Positions 9,859 through 19,518 of a stretch of DNA of 64,000 nucleotides are shown piece after piece. The position numbers were made by a program, and so were the translations under genes. How positions within the stretch are numbered: position 1 is the first letter of the stretch; each line of letters opens with the position of its first letter. Below the pieces are notes generated by a model, which did not search any database, was not told the DNA's origin, and worked only from the letters and a program-made list of their open reading frames with translations. The DNA is taken from assembly GCA_963796105.1 (NCBI GenBank), contig CAWCKJ010000003.1:256001-320000 (forward strand), read 5' to 3'. Source of the stretch: a candidate division FCPU426 bacterium. Its GTDB lineage: Bacteria > Oederibacteriota > Muellerivitia > Muellerivitales > Muellerivitaceae.

Positions 9859-11292
9859 TTGGAGCCAATTTTGTCAATCGTACCGCCGGAAATATTAAAA
9901 GCCTGCGACATTCGCGGCATTTACCCAAAACCCTTGGGAAATTCACAAGCTGAAAAAATAGGGTTGGCCCTTGGAACCCTCGTCAAGGAAGAATCCCATA
10001 GGAACATTAAAGTCGTGGTGGGCCATGATATCCGCCGGTCGAGTGTCAAATTATCCCAATACCTGATCCGGGGTTTGCACGAAACAGGACTGAAAACCCT
10101 GGACGCGGGGTTGGTTTCAACCCCTCTGCTGGCCTTCGCCACAAGGTTTAGCGGCGCGTCGGTTGGAATCATGGTTACCGCCTCCCACAATCCGCCCCAA
10201 TACAATGGGTTTAAATTCTTCACCCGGGGAATTCCAGCTTCCATTTCATGGATCAATAAATTTTACGCGCTTCTAAGAAAAGGAAATTTCAGAAAAGGCG
10301 CGGGTATTTTAGAAAAAAAAGATTTTTACCCTGATTATCGAAACGCGTTAGTGAATGAGATTGCCGTTAATTTCAATGGATTCCGGCTGGTTCTTGATCC
10401 TGGAAACGGCATGGCTTCCCTGACAGCTCCATTGATATTAAAAACACTACATTGCGACTTGAGAATGATGAACGGAAAACCTAATGGAAGCTTTCCAGGA
10501 AGGGGCGCGGACAGTTCTTCACCTCACGCATTGACCGCTGTTGGGGAAAAAGTGAAAAAATCAAAAGCTCAGCTGGGAGTGACATTTGACGGGGACGCCG
10601 ACCGGGTAAGCTTCGTGGATGAAACGGGAACCGTTGTCCCAAACGACATCATTCTTTGTTTATTCGCGAAAAAGTTCCTCAAGGTTAATAAGGTAAAAGG
10701 GGTCGTTTTCGACGTTAAGTGCTCAAATATTTTGGAAAAAACAATTCAGGATGCAGGAGGAAAACCACTTTTGGAAAGATCCGGCCATACCTTCATTTTT
10801 GACCGTATCCTTCATGAAAAGGCCCTGTTTGGCGGGGAAGCAAGCGGTCATTTTTTCCTGCCCGGACCATTTCCTGGGGACGCTCTTTATGCCTGTCTTA
10901 AACTTATGGAAATCATGAAAGAATCCGGTCAGAGCTTGTCCCAGCTCTGTCATTCCTATCCACCCCGGGTTTCAAGCCATGATATCAAGATAAAGTTTCC
11001 CACCGACAAACTTCCGCATTTATATGAAACCCTAAAAACCAGGGCGCTTCAAATGGGAGGTTCTGTTTCGAATGTGGATGGCGTAAGAGCCGTGTTTAAC
11101 TCCGGTTGGGGATTATTCCGCATGTCGGTGACGGAATCAGTCCTTTCATGCCGCTTTGAGGGGAACTCTGCCGCGGAAATATCTTCAATCGCTCAATCAT
11201 GGCTTCACGATGTCCCGGAACTTCAAGCGGAGGTTTTATCAGGTTTGCCGTCAAACCTATCAGACGTGCGCCAGGCAAAGGGCGGAAAATGA
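9859..11292 (+). CDS. Phosphomannomutase/phosphoglucomutase
   Basis: DIRGIY, TASHNP, FDGDADR, GGEASGH motifs. Confidence 0.93.
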   Translation: MEPILSIVPPEILKACDIRGIYPKPLGNSQAEKIGLALGTLVKEESHRNIKVVVGHDIRRSSVKLSQYLIRGLHETGLKTLDAGLVSTPLLAFATRFSGASVGIMVTASHNPPQYNGFKFFTRGIPASISWINKFYALLRKGNFRKGAGILEKKDFYPDYRNALVNEIAVNFNGFRLVLDPGNGMASLTAPLILKTLHCDLRMMNGKPNGSFPGRGADSSSPHALTAVGEKVKKSKAQLGVTFDGDADRVSFVDETGTVVPNDIILCLFAKKFLKVNKVKGVVFDVKCSNILEKTIQDAGGKPLLERSGHTFIFDRILHEKALFGGEASGHFFLPGPFPGDALYACLKLMEIMKESGQSLSQLCHSYPPRVSSHDIKIKFPTDKLPHLYETLKTRALQMGGSVSNVDGVRAVFNSGWGLFRMSVTESVLSCRFEGNSAAEISSIAQSWLHDVPELQAEVLSGLPSNLSDVRQAKGGK

Positions 11293-11711
11293 TCTATTGT
11301 CTTTGGTGTGGTTCCGTCCGGGATCAACGCCTAGTGGAAATGGCCGCTGATTATGACCACAGGCTTAAACGGTTATGGCCAGTTTCCATAGTGGAAATAC
11401 GTGATTCCATAAAGGATATCAAGAAATGGGCTGAGGGGAAAAAGGGGCGCGGCCTTTTTGTCTCCCTGGACCCGAATGGGGAACTTATGGATTCGGATAA
11501 ATTCGGACGCTGGGTGACGGAATCCGCCAGAGAAATATATTTTTTCGCGTGGGGGACAGACGGTCCGCCGCCGGATTTAGGTATTTCTTGGGATCTTAAA
11601 CTAAGCTTATCACCCATGACCTACTCTCATGGTCTGGCACGGGTTCTCTTGATGGAACAATTGTATCGGGCTGGAGCGGTTTTGAAAGGTCATCCTTATC
11701 CCCATCATTAA
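11289..11711 (+). CDS. rlmH: 23S rRNA m3Psi1915 methyltransferase (SPOUT)
   Basis: LSLSPMTYSHGLARVLLMEQLYRA...GHPY; ATG at 11289 overlaps the upstream stop. Confidence 0.88.
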   Translation: MIYCLWCGSVRDQRLVEMAADYDHRLKRLWPVSIVEIRDSIKDIKKWAEGKKGRGLFVSLDPNGELMDSDKFGRWVTESAREIYFFAWGTDGPPPDLGISWDLKLSLSPMTYSHGLARVLLMEQLYRAGAVLKGHPYPHH

Positions 11712-11830
11712 GGAGTTTCGATTCGATCAAACCATATGAAATCACCCGTATTTATTTTGAAACTGTCCAGTGATTAAAATCGTCATATAGTGGAATGTAT
11801 CTATTCGTAAAATCATGCTTGGAGGAAGAA

Positions 11831-12640
11831 ATGCCTGGAAAAATGCTTACTCGAGTTTTTATGGGTTTCTCTTTTAGCCTCGTTATCGCGTTTTCCTACC
11901 CCTATGAATCCCATTCTCAGACTCTTAAAAACAATAACCCTGCGGAGTACATTGTTGAGGACATCCATGGGAACAACGTCCAGGTGTTGGAAGGGGGAAC
12001 CAAAGAATGGGAACAAACGCAAGAAGGCCAGGTTCTGGAAAACGGGGACGAGATCAAAACCGGAACCGACAGCGAGGCAACTTTAATGCTTCAATCGGAA
12101 ACATCCGTCCATTTGAGTCCCGGATCCGACTTGAAAGTGGGTCAAGTGGAGCCTAACGAGAATTCGGGGTTTGTCAGCCGGTTGGAACTGCTTTTCGGCG
12201 GAATTCTCGCGGATGTGAAAAAAAATCTACAAGACAGCCATTCCACTTTCGAGGTGGATTCCAACGGGGTGGTATGCGGAGTGAGGGGAACAGCCTTTGA
12301 GGTCGAGACAAAAGGCGACAATGTCCTCGCCTCCACCCACGAGGGAAACGTGGAAGTGACGGGGAGTAATGGCGTATCCCGAACTGTTTCCGCCGGAACC
12401 GCGTCCTCTTTCCAAAGGGGAATGTTCAGGCTTGAGAGGCGCTTAGACCGGAAACAAATCGAAAGGTTTGAAAAATGGAGGGAGTTCCGCGGGTTTGTTA
12501 TGAAAAAACGCATGAGGAGAATCGAAGCTTTGAGACACCATCTTAGAAAGCCGTGGAAACGCAGGCATCCCATGAACGGGAATAATTGGAAAAAAAAGAT
12601 GTTGAACCGAAGACCCGGATTTCATCCCGATCATACGTGA
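11831..12640 (+). CDS. Secreted FecR-domain protein with a basic C-terminal tail
   Basis: GDEIKTGTDSEATL, VCGVRGTAFEV, HEGNVEV motifs; signal peptide. Confidence 0.82.
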   Translation: MPGKMLTRVFMGFSFSLVIAFSYPYESHSQTLKNNNPAEYIVEDIHGNNVQVLEGGTKEWEQTQEGQVLENGDEIKTGTDSEATLMLQSETSVHLSPGSDLKVGQVEPNENSGFVSRLELLFGGILADVKKNLQDSHSTFEVDSNGVVCGVRGTAFEVETKGDNVLASTHEGNVEVTGSNGVSRTVSAGTASSFQRGMFRLERRLDRKQIERFEKWREFRGFVMKKRMRRIEALRHHLRKPWKRRHPMNGNNWKKKMLNRRPGFHPDHT

Positions 12641-12750
12641 GATCCGGCGGACTCCATCGTTTTGTTTAAAGACATCTTTTAAAACGAAAAACAATACAAA
12701 CCGCAAGTCATCCCTCTGAGAAAATTATTAATGATCCCATTAAGGCTATT

Positions 12751-12972
12751 AGGGGAACCTCTAAATATTCATATAGACCCTCGCCCCTTGAGGGAGAGGG
12801 TAGGGTGAGGGGTATTTATTCAAAACAATTTCACCCTCATGCCGACCCTTCTATAAAGCTTTTAAAGAGGTCGGTATCGTACCGATCTCCTTAAATTTTT
12901 AAAGATAATCGGTACATCCCATCCTTACTCCCCTCCAGGGAGAAGGTGAACGGTAATTTTTAGTGGTGCCTT
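12751..12972. repeat. Family A element, copy 2, interrupted by a family C element
   Basis: Colinear with 5880-6022 apart from a 77-bp insert at 12841-12917. Confidence 0.85.
12838..12917 (+). mobile_element. Double-hairpin element family C, copy 1
   Basis: CAT-GCCGAC..GTCGGTAT-C-GTACCGAT..ATCGGTA-CAT; the empty site at ~5966 has a single CAT. Confidence 0.8.
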
Positions 12973-13028
12973 CAATTATTTTTCCTCCTCCCCTAGCCGA
13001 AAAGACATCTAAAGGTTAGTCTAATCCC

Positions 13029-15083
13029 ATGAACGTGTCCCAGAGACTTCTTCCTGTTTTCAAAAATATGGTTTTGGAAGACCGGCCCCAGCAGAACCAA
13101 ATGGCTGAGGCCGTCAAAAACACCCTTCAAAACGGCGGATTCCTGATGGTCGAAGCCGGAACAGGGGTTGGAAAGAGTTTCGCCTACCTTCTTCCAGCCT
13201 TGGATTACGCCCTTCAATCGGACGGTCCACTGGTCGTTTCCACCCATACCTTGACCCTACAGGAACAACTTTTCCAAAAAGACCTTCCCATGGTGTTAAA
13301 GGCTTTGGAAGCGGAGGGACATGGCAGGGTCCAGGCGGTCTTACTCAAGGGAAGAGGGAATTATTTATCAAAAAGACGTTTAAAACTGGCTTTGGAAAGC
13401 CGGTCGCAATTGGATTTTGACGGGGAACCAGGCACCCTTTACAAAATACAAGAATGGGCCGAGGGATCGCTGGAGGGCACTCTATCCACGGTTGATTTTC
13501 CAATTTCAAATGAGATCTGGAGCGAGGTAAGGAGCGATCAATACCACTGTCTCGGGTCCACCTGTCCAACTTATGAAAGTTGTTTCTACCAGCAAGCACG
13601 GAAAAAAGCCTATTCAGCGAAGCTGGTTCTGGTTAATCACGCTCTTTTACTCGCGGACCTTGCCTTGAAAATGGAGTCGGAGCAGGGGGTCCTTCCCCCC
13701 TATGAGGCTCTCATTGTGGACGAGGCCCATCATTTTCCCTCCATGGCCTCTGAGCATCTGGCGTCTTCTGTGACGCTGTCCGAATGCTACGCCTTGGGCA
13801 GGCATCTTCTTTATTCCGACGATGGGGAAGGGAAAAAAGGAAAGGGCTTGTTCGCCTTGATCCCTACCCAAGGCGCCGGGGAAGCCGTTTCGGTATTTTT
13901 ATCTTCAGTTTCCGATTTTTTCTCCGGTTTTTTTCCCGGTAAGCGTGATTCCACCGTCAATCCGCGCGCCATTCATTTACCGAAGACTCCCCCCTCGCCA
14001 GGACCTCTCACGCGGGCTTTGACCACCCTGGAAGGTTTGCTGGAAAGGGCCGCTGAATCGGCACCATCGGATGAGTTGAGACTGGAGGCTTTGGGTTCAA
14101 GGGAAGAATGCCGGGAATTGGTCAGACGCCTATCATTCATTTTGGAGAGGGGATTGGGCGATGAAGCCTGTTATGTTGTGGAGCCCGACATTTATGCCTT
14201 TAAAAAAGGGGAAATGAGGGCGGGACAACTAAGGGCGATACCATTAGATTCCTCTGAATTGATTAGGGAACATCTTCTTTCCTCGGTTAAAACCGCCGTG
14301 TTTACTAGCGCGACCTTGTCCGTAGGGAAGGATTTCCGTTATTTCAAACACGCGTTGGGACTGGATGGCCCGGACGAAGCGCCCCGGGTGGTGACGCTCC
14401 AGGTGGGTTCCCCATTTGATTTCAAAAAACAGGTGACCATTCTTCTACCAAGGGGGATGCCTCACCCCCGAAGAGAGGAAGCACGCTATCAAGAAGAAGT
14501 CATTCGTTACGTCAGGGCCTCCATAAAAGATTCCCACGGAAAGGCCTTTGTCCTGTTTACGAGTTTTAAAATGCTCAGGCAGGTCGCAGAGGCCATTCGC
14601 GGCGACCTTGAGGATTGGGGCATTACCCTTTTAATCCAAGGCGAGGAAGGATGGGACAGGACCAAGCTGTTAAAGGCCTTTCGAGAGGATATCCATTCGG
14701 TCTTGTTGGGCGTCAACAGTTTTTGGGAAGGGGTGGATGTCCCGGGAGAGGCCCTTTCCAATTTGATCATCACCAAAATCCCTTTCCAGGTTCCCGAAGG
14801 ACCCTTGGTGGAAGCTCGGCATGCTCGATTAAAGGAACAAGGCTTGGAACCCTTCCGCGTGGAAAGCCTGCCCGAGGCGGTCCTCCGGTTAAAACAGGGT
14901 TTTGGGCGCTTAATCAGGACTTCCACTGACGTGGGCACCGTGACATTATTGGACCCGCGCTTGACTACAGAGTCTTGGGGGAAGATCTTCCTGGAGTCCA
15001 TTCCGGAATGCAGGATCGCGTACCTTGATAAAAACGGACAACAGGATAAAAAGACTTCTTCGGGACGTAAGCGCTCAAATTAA
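13029..15083 (+). CDS. dinG: DinG/YoaA-family Fe-S DNA helicase
   Basis: EAGTGVGKS, KGRGNYL, CLGSTCP..C, DEAH, SATL, FWEGVD, QGFGRLIR. Confidence 0.93.
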   Translation: MNVSQRLLPVFKNMVLEDRPQQNQMAEAVKNTLQNGGFLMVEAGTGVGKSFAYLLPALDYALQSDGPLVVSTHTLTLQEQLFQKDLPMVLKALEAEGHGRVQAVLLKGRGNYLSKRRLKLALESRSQLDFDGEPGTLYKIQEWAEGSLEGTLSTVDFPISNEIWSEVRSDQYHCLGSTCPTYESCFYQQARKKAYSAKLVLVNHALLLADLALKMESEQGVLPPYEALIVDEAHHFPSMASEHLASSVTLSECYALGRHLLYSDDGEGKKGKGLFALIPTQGAGEAVSVFLSSVSDFFSGFFPGKRDSTVNPRAIHLPKTPPSPGPLTRALTTLEGLLERAAESAPSDELRLEALGSREECRELVRRLSFILERGLGDEACYVVEPDIYAFKKGEMRAGQLRAIPLDSSELIREHLLSSVKTAVFTSATLSVGKDFRYFKHALGLDGPDEAPRVVTLQVGSPFDFKKQVTILLPRGMPHPRREEARYQEEVIRYVRASIKDSHGKAFVLFTSFKMLRQVAEAIRGDLEDWGITLLIQGEEGWDRTKLLKAFREDIHSVLLGVNSFWEGVDVPGEALSNLIITKIPFQVPEGPLVEARHARLKEQGLEPFRVESLPEAVLRLKQGFGRLIRTSTDVGTVTLLDPRLTTESWGKIFLESIPECRIAYLDKNGQQDKKTSSGRKRSN

Positions 15084-15129
15084 GGTCCATTCCTTCAATG
15101 AAATCCCCGAAATGATAAAGATGATGGGC

Positions 15130-15208
15130 TTGTGCCGATCTTCCATGAAAGTATATGGAGATCGGTACGATACAAGCCTCACTTATAGATTAATAGATGG
15201 CTGGCATG
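15130..15208 (-). mobile_element. Family C element, copy 2
   Basis: Reverse strand reads CATGCCAGCC..GGCTTGTATCGTACCGATC..GATCGGCACAA. Confidence 0.75.
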
Positions 15209-15288
15209 CCCCCTGTCGTTTTAAAAAGATTTCACTCTTCCATTCAATTTCAGGGTTGAACCCTGGCATTTTCCTGTAAAATGATTTC

Positions 15289-16356
15289 ATGCCCCGACAA
15301 AAAACGCCTTTAACCGCCAAGCCGCCTGAGGGACCAGCGGAAGATGAAATCCGCGTCATGAACCCTGAAAAATCCGGCGAAGATGAGGAAGCCACCCTCA
15401 GGCCAAGACATTTAAACGAATACGTGGGTCAGAAAGCCCTAAAGGAATCCCTCTCCATCGCGCTGATGGCGGCCCAGAACCGGAAGGAAGCCCTGGAACA
15501 TTTGCTTCTCGCCGGGCCCCCCGGATTGGGTAAAACCACCTTAGCTTCGATTATCGCCAAGGAAATGGGAGTTAATATCAAGACCACCTCCGGTCCCATC
15601 ATTGAAAGAGCCGGGGATTTGGCCGCCATTCTTACCAACCTTCAACCCCAAGATTTGCTGTTCATAGATGAAATTCACCGCCTTCCGCGCGTCGTGGAGG
15701 AGGTTCTGTATCCCGCCATGGAGGATTTTCAGCTTGATATCATGATCGGCAAGGGTCCCACGGCCAGGGCCATCCGCCTTCAGCTGCCTCCTTTCACGCT
15801 CGTGGGGGCTACCACCCGGGCGGGAAAAGTCAGCGCTCCTTTGCGTGACCGCTTCGGCCTGACGTTCCGGCTGGAGTTTTACCAGACCGAGGATTTGGTG
15901 GAAATCGTGAAGAGATCCGCCCAGGTTCTGAAGGTTCCGGTGACGGATGACGGCGCTCTCGAAATCGCCAAACGCTCCAGGGGCACCCCCCGTCTCGCCA
16001 ATCGATTGTTGAAAAGGGTCCGGGATTTCGCGGATGTACGCCGAAAAGGCTTGGTGGATAAGGAAGTCGCCGACTCGGCCCTGCTATTATTGGAGGTGGA
16101 CCAATTGGGATTGGACCGGATGGACAAGAGGATTCTTTCCTGCGTGATTGAGAAATTCTCGGGAGGCCCTGTGGGTATCGACACCCTCGCCATGGCTGTC
16201 GGGGAGGAGGCGGAAACCATTGAGGATCTTCATGAACCATTTCTGGTCCAAATCGGTTTTTTACAAAGGACCTCGAACGGCAGGAAAGCCACCCTGCTGG
16301 CCTATGAGCATTTAGGTTTGAAACCCCCAGCGGGATCTCAAGGGAGCCTCTTATGA
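15289..16356 (+). CDS. ruvB: Holliday junction helicase RuvB
   Basis: [43 protein letters not shown]. Confidence 0.98.
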   Translation: MPRQKTPLTAKPPEGPAEDEIRVMNPEKSGEDEEATLRPRHLNEYVGQKALKESLSIALMAAQNRKEALEHLLLAGPPGLGKTTLASIIAKEMGVNIKTTSGPIIERAGDLAAILTNLQPQDLLFIDEIHRLPRVVEEVLYPAMEDFQLDIMIGKGPTARAIRLQLPPFTLVGATTRAGKVSAPLRDRFGLTFRLEFYQTEDLVEIVKRSAQVLKVPVTDDGALEIAKRSRGTPRLANRLLKRVRDFADVRRKGLVDKEVADSALLLLEVDQLGLDRMDKRILSCVIEKFSGGPVGIDTLAMAVGEEAETIEDLHEPFLVQIGFLQRTSNGRKATLLAYEHLGLKPPAGSQGSLL

Positions 16357-17621
16357 ACTACGGCAAGTCGGGTTTGAAACGCTCAGAACTGTTCCTTTAC
16401 GGCATCGTGGCCTTCATGGGAGCCGTTGTGGGTTTGGTATTCCCTTTTTTAACCAAAATCAAGGCTCCAAACCCGAATTGGGTTTACGTCATTGGCATTT
16501 TTTACGGCATTTTCGCGGCGGGATTGATCCTGTGGGTGATCCAGCGAATTGTCTTAAGCCCCCTGGAGGAATTTTTAACCTGCATGGAGGGTGTCGCCGG
16601 CGGTAACCTCAACGCCGCCATCCAAGGAAAGTACAGCGGGGATTTCCAGGATTTAGCGCGTCATTTCAATACCATGCTGGAATCACTGCGCGCCTCCATC
16701 ACCCAATTGAAAAAAAGCTCAGGGGATACCCTTCATCTGGCCCAGCAGCTTACAAGGACCGTTCAACAGATGCACGGCGCCACGGAGGAAGTCTCTTCCA
16801 CTATCCAGAATATCTCGAGAGGGGCGGAGGAACAGGCCCAAAAGGTCCAGGATACCTTCAACATCATCGACAAGATGGCCGGAAACATCCAAACCTCCGC
16901 GGAATTGCTCAATAGCTCAGGAAAGGTGGTCGCGCGCTCCAAAAAAGCCTCCGAGGCGGGAAGCCTCGCGGTTCAAAAAGCCATTTCCCAAATGCAGGCT
17001 ATCCATGAGGTTGTCCAGAATTCCGCCAGGGAGGTGACCGAGCTTGGGAACCGATCCAAGGCCATCGGAAAGGTCGTGGAAGTCATCACGAGCATCGCTG
17101 ACCAAACCAATTTGTTGGCCCTGAACGCCGCAATCGAGGCGGCTCGGGCCGGGGAATCCGGCCGGGGGTTCGCCGTCGTGGCCGAGGAAGTAAAAAAATT
17201 AGCCGACGGTTCCGCGGAAGCGGCCAGCCAGATCGGTCTTCGGGTCCGGGAGATCCAAAAGGAAATTTCAGCGGTCGTCTCCAGCATGGGGGCGGGAGCG
17301 GAAAAAGTGACTGAGGGCTTAAGGGTGGTCACGGAGGGCGGCGAAGCCCTTCAGGAAATCCAGTCAGCCTCCGATGAGGTTGTCATGCATACCCAGGAGA
17401 TCTCAAAATCTTTTGAAAACCAGGCCGACCAAGCCTCGAGCGTGGTTGAGGCTATAACCAACATCGTGGCGGTCTCGGAAGAAAACGCCTCCGCGACCGA
17501 GGAAATTTCCGCATCCACGCAGGAATTGACCGCCTCCATGGAATCCATGGTCGCCGCGGCCAGGCAATTGGAAGGGGTGGCCCAAGGATTAAAGGAAGCC
17601 TCGGCTAATTTCAAGGAATAA
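16353..17621 (+). CDS. Methyl-accepting chemotaxis protein
   Basis: Two TM helices, HAMP domain, [37 protein letters not shown]. Confidence 0.96.
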   Translation: MNYGKSGLKRSELFLYGIVAFMGAVVGLVFPFLTKIKAPNPNWVYVIGIFYGIFAAGLILWVIQRIVLSPLEEFLTCMEGVAGGNLNAAIQGKYSGDFQDLARHFNTMLESLRASITQLKKSSGDTLHLAQQLTRTVQQMHGATEEVSSTIQNISRGAEEQAQKVQDTFNIIDKMAGNIQTSAELLNSSGKVVARSKKASEAGSLAVQKAISQMQAIHEVVQNSAREVTELGNRSKAIGKVVEVITSIADQTNLLALNAAIEAARAGESGRGFAVVAEEVKKLADGSAEAASQIGLRVREIQKEISAVVSSMGAGAEKVTEGLRVVTEGGEALQEIQSASDEVVMHTQEISKSFENQADQASSVVEAITNIVAVSEENASATEEISASTQELTASMESMVAAARQLEGVAQGLKEASANFKE

Positions 17622-17863
17622 ACCCCAAAATTCGATTGTTATTGGCCTAAGATGAAAATTTTTTATTTCCCCATTCCTTCTAAACCACGTTAAATCAACA
17701 GTGATTTCAATCTTGAAAATTTAAAAAAAAATATTATTTTATAAATCTTGAATAAACCTATAAAAGCACCCAGATCCCTGAAAAAGATGCTTGAAAAATT
17801 GAATAAAATGGTTATAAATCTTCACGCTTATCGTCGAAATAGATCATCGGCAAGGTTAACGGA

Positions 17864-18808
17864 ATGATTGAAGTCAAAGATTTAGTGAAAATGTACGGTA
17901 ATTTGGCGGCGGTGGATCATGTTTCCTTTACCGTGCCGAAAGGTACGATCCTGGGCCTTTTGGGCCCTAACGGCGCCGGCAAAACAACAACGATGAGGGT
18001 TCTAACCACCTCGCTTCCCCTGAACGCGGGAAGCGTGACAGTCGCCGGTTATGACGTCGTGGAAGCCCCGCAGGAAGTGCGTAAACACATAGGTTATCTA
18101 CCTGAAGTTCCTCCCCTTTACGCCGATATGACCGTCGTTTCATATTTAAAATTCGTCTCTTCCATAAAGGAAATACCAGCGAAGAAAAGAGCCGACAGAA
18201 TCGGCGAAATCATGGAAATGCTCTCCCTCACGGACGTAAGCCGCAGAATGATTGGTCATTTATCCCTTGGTTACCGGCAAAGGGTGGGACTTGCCCAGGC
18301 CCTGATTCACGACCCGGATGTGTTGATCCTGGACGAACCCACGAGAGGGTTGGATCCCAAGCAGATTCAGGAAATTCGCAAGCTCATCAAATCCTTGAGC
18401 GGCCAAAAAACCATTATCCTCTCCACCCACATTCTGCCTGAGGTTTCGACAACCTGTGATGACGTCGTGATCATTGACCAGGGCCGGGTGGTAGCGGCTG
18501 ACTCGGTTGAAAACCTATCCCAGCGGATGGCCGGGGGAAATCTTCTGGAGGTAGAGATTAAGGGCGTCTCCGCTGATGTTGAAAAAGCATTTGGGAAAAT
18601 CGAGGGCATTACCGCAATCAAGTCGCTCGGGAAGGAAACCAAGGGAGTCTGCAAGTTTCAGATTACCACGGATGGTACCAACGATACCCGCGAGGCCCTT
18701 TTCCAATCCGTGGTTAAGAACAAATGGATTCTTTATCAACTCACCCCCGTCGGAATGAGCCTTGAAGACGTGTTTTTGAAACTGACCACGAAGGAAAGCG
18801 CCGCATGA
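17864..18808 (+). CDS. ABC-2 exporter ATP-binding subunit (GldA-like)
   Basis: GPNGAGKTT, LSLGYRQRVGLAQA, LDEPT. Confidence 0.93.
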   Translation: MIEVKDLVKMYGNLAAVDHVSFTVPKGTILGLLGPNGAGKTTTMRVLTTSLPLNAGSVTVAGYDVVEAPQEVRKHIGYLPEVPPLYADMTVVSYLKFVSSIKEIPAKKRADRIGEIMEMLSLTDVSRRMIGHLSLGYRQRVGLAQALIHDPDVLILDEPTRGLDPKQIQEIRKLIKSLSGQKTIILSTHILPEVSTTCDDVVIIDQGRVVAADSVENLSQRMAGGNLLEVEIKGVSADVEKAFGKIEGITAIKSLGKETKGVCKFQITTDGTNDTREALFQSVVKNKWILYQLTPVGMSLEDVFLKLTTKESAA

Positions 18809-19518
18809 ACCTCGAAAAAATAATGGCGATCGTCCGCAAGGACTTGTCTTATTATTTTGTGTCTCCCATTGGCTACATTGTCCTGGCGATGTATTACTTC
18901 GTCACCGGGTTTTTCTTTTGGCTCATCGCAGCTGGAAGCAAAAGCGCCAATATGGCGCCCGTCTTCCAAAACTCGACCGTTATTTTCCTTTTTCTCACTC
19001 CCATTGTTACCATGCGCTTGTGGTCCGAGGAGGAGAAAACGGGAACCTCCGAGCTATTGCGCACCTCACCGCTGTCTCTATGGGAAATTGTTTTGGGGAA
19101 ATATTTTGCGGCCATTTGTTTTTTCCTGGTCATGCTGGCTGTGAACCTGGTTTACTTGTTGATCATGGCAGTGAACGGGAACCCTGATCCCGGCCCCACC
19201 TTTTGCGATTTCTTCGGGTACACCTTGGCGGGAATGGCTTTTTTCTCGCTGGGCCTTCTTGCCTCGACCCTAAGCGAAAACCAAATTGTCTCCGCGGTCA
19301 TTACCTTTGGAACCCTCTTGATGTTGTACGTGATAGGCGCGGCCAGCAACAATGTTCCTGACGCGTTGGGGGCCATCTTCAAGTATATTTCCATATTCGA
19401 GCACTTGAATGATTTCTTCATCGGAGTCATTGATCTGAATCATGTCATTTACTTCCTAAGCGTTACTTTCCTCGGCCTTTTCTTATCGGTGAAGGTCATG
19501 GAAAGCAAGAGGAGTTGA
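18805..19518 (+). CDS. ABC-2 permease (GldF-like)
   Basis: TMRLWSEEEKTGTSELL, IVLGKY, TLSENQIVSA; multiple TM helices. Confidence 0.92.
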   Translation: MNLEKIMAIVRKDLSYYFVSPIGYIVLAMYYFVTGFFFWLIAAGSKSANMAPVFQNSTVIFLFLTPIVTMRLWSEEEKTGTSELLRTSPLSLWEIVLGKYFAAICFFLVMLAVNLVYLLIMAVNGNPDPGPTFCDFFGYTLAGMAFFSLGLLASTLSENQIVSAVITFGTLLMLYVIGAASNNVPDALGAIFKYISIFEHLNDFFIGVIDLNHVIYFLSVTFLGLFLSVKVMESKRS

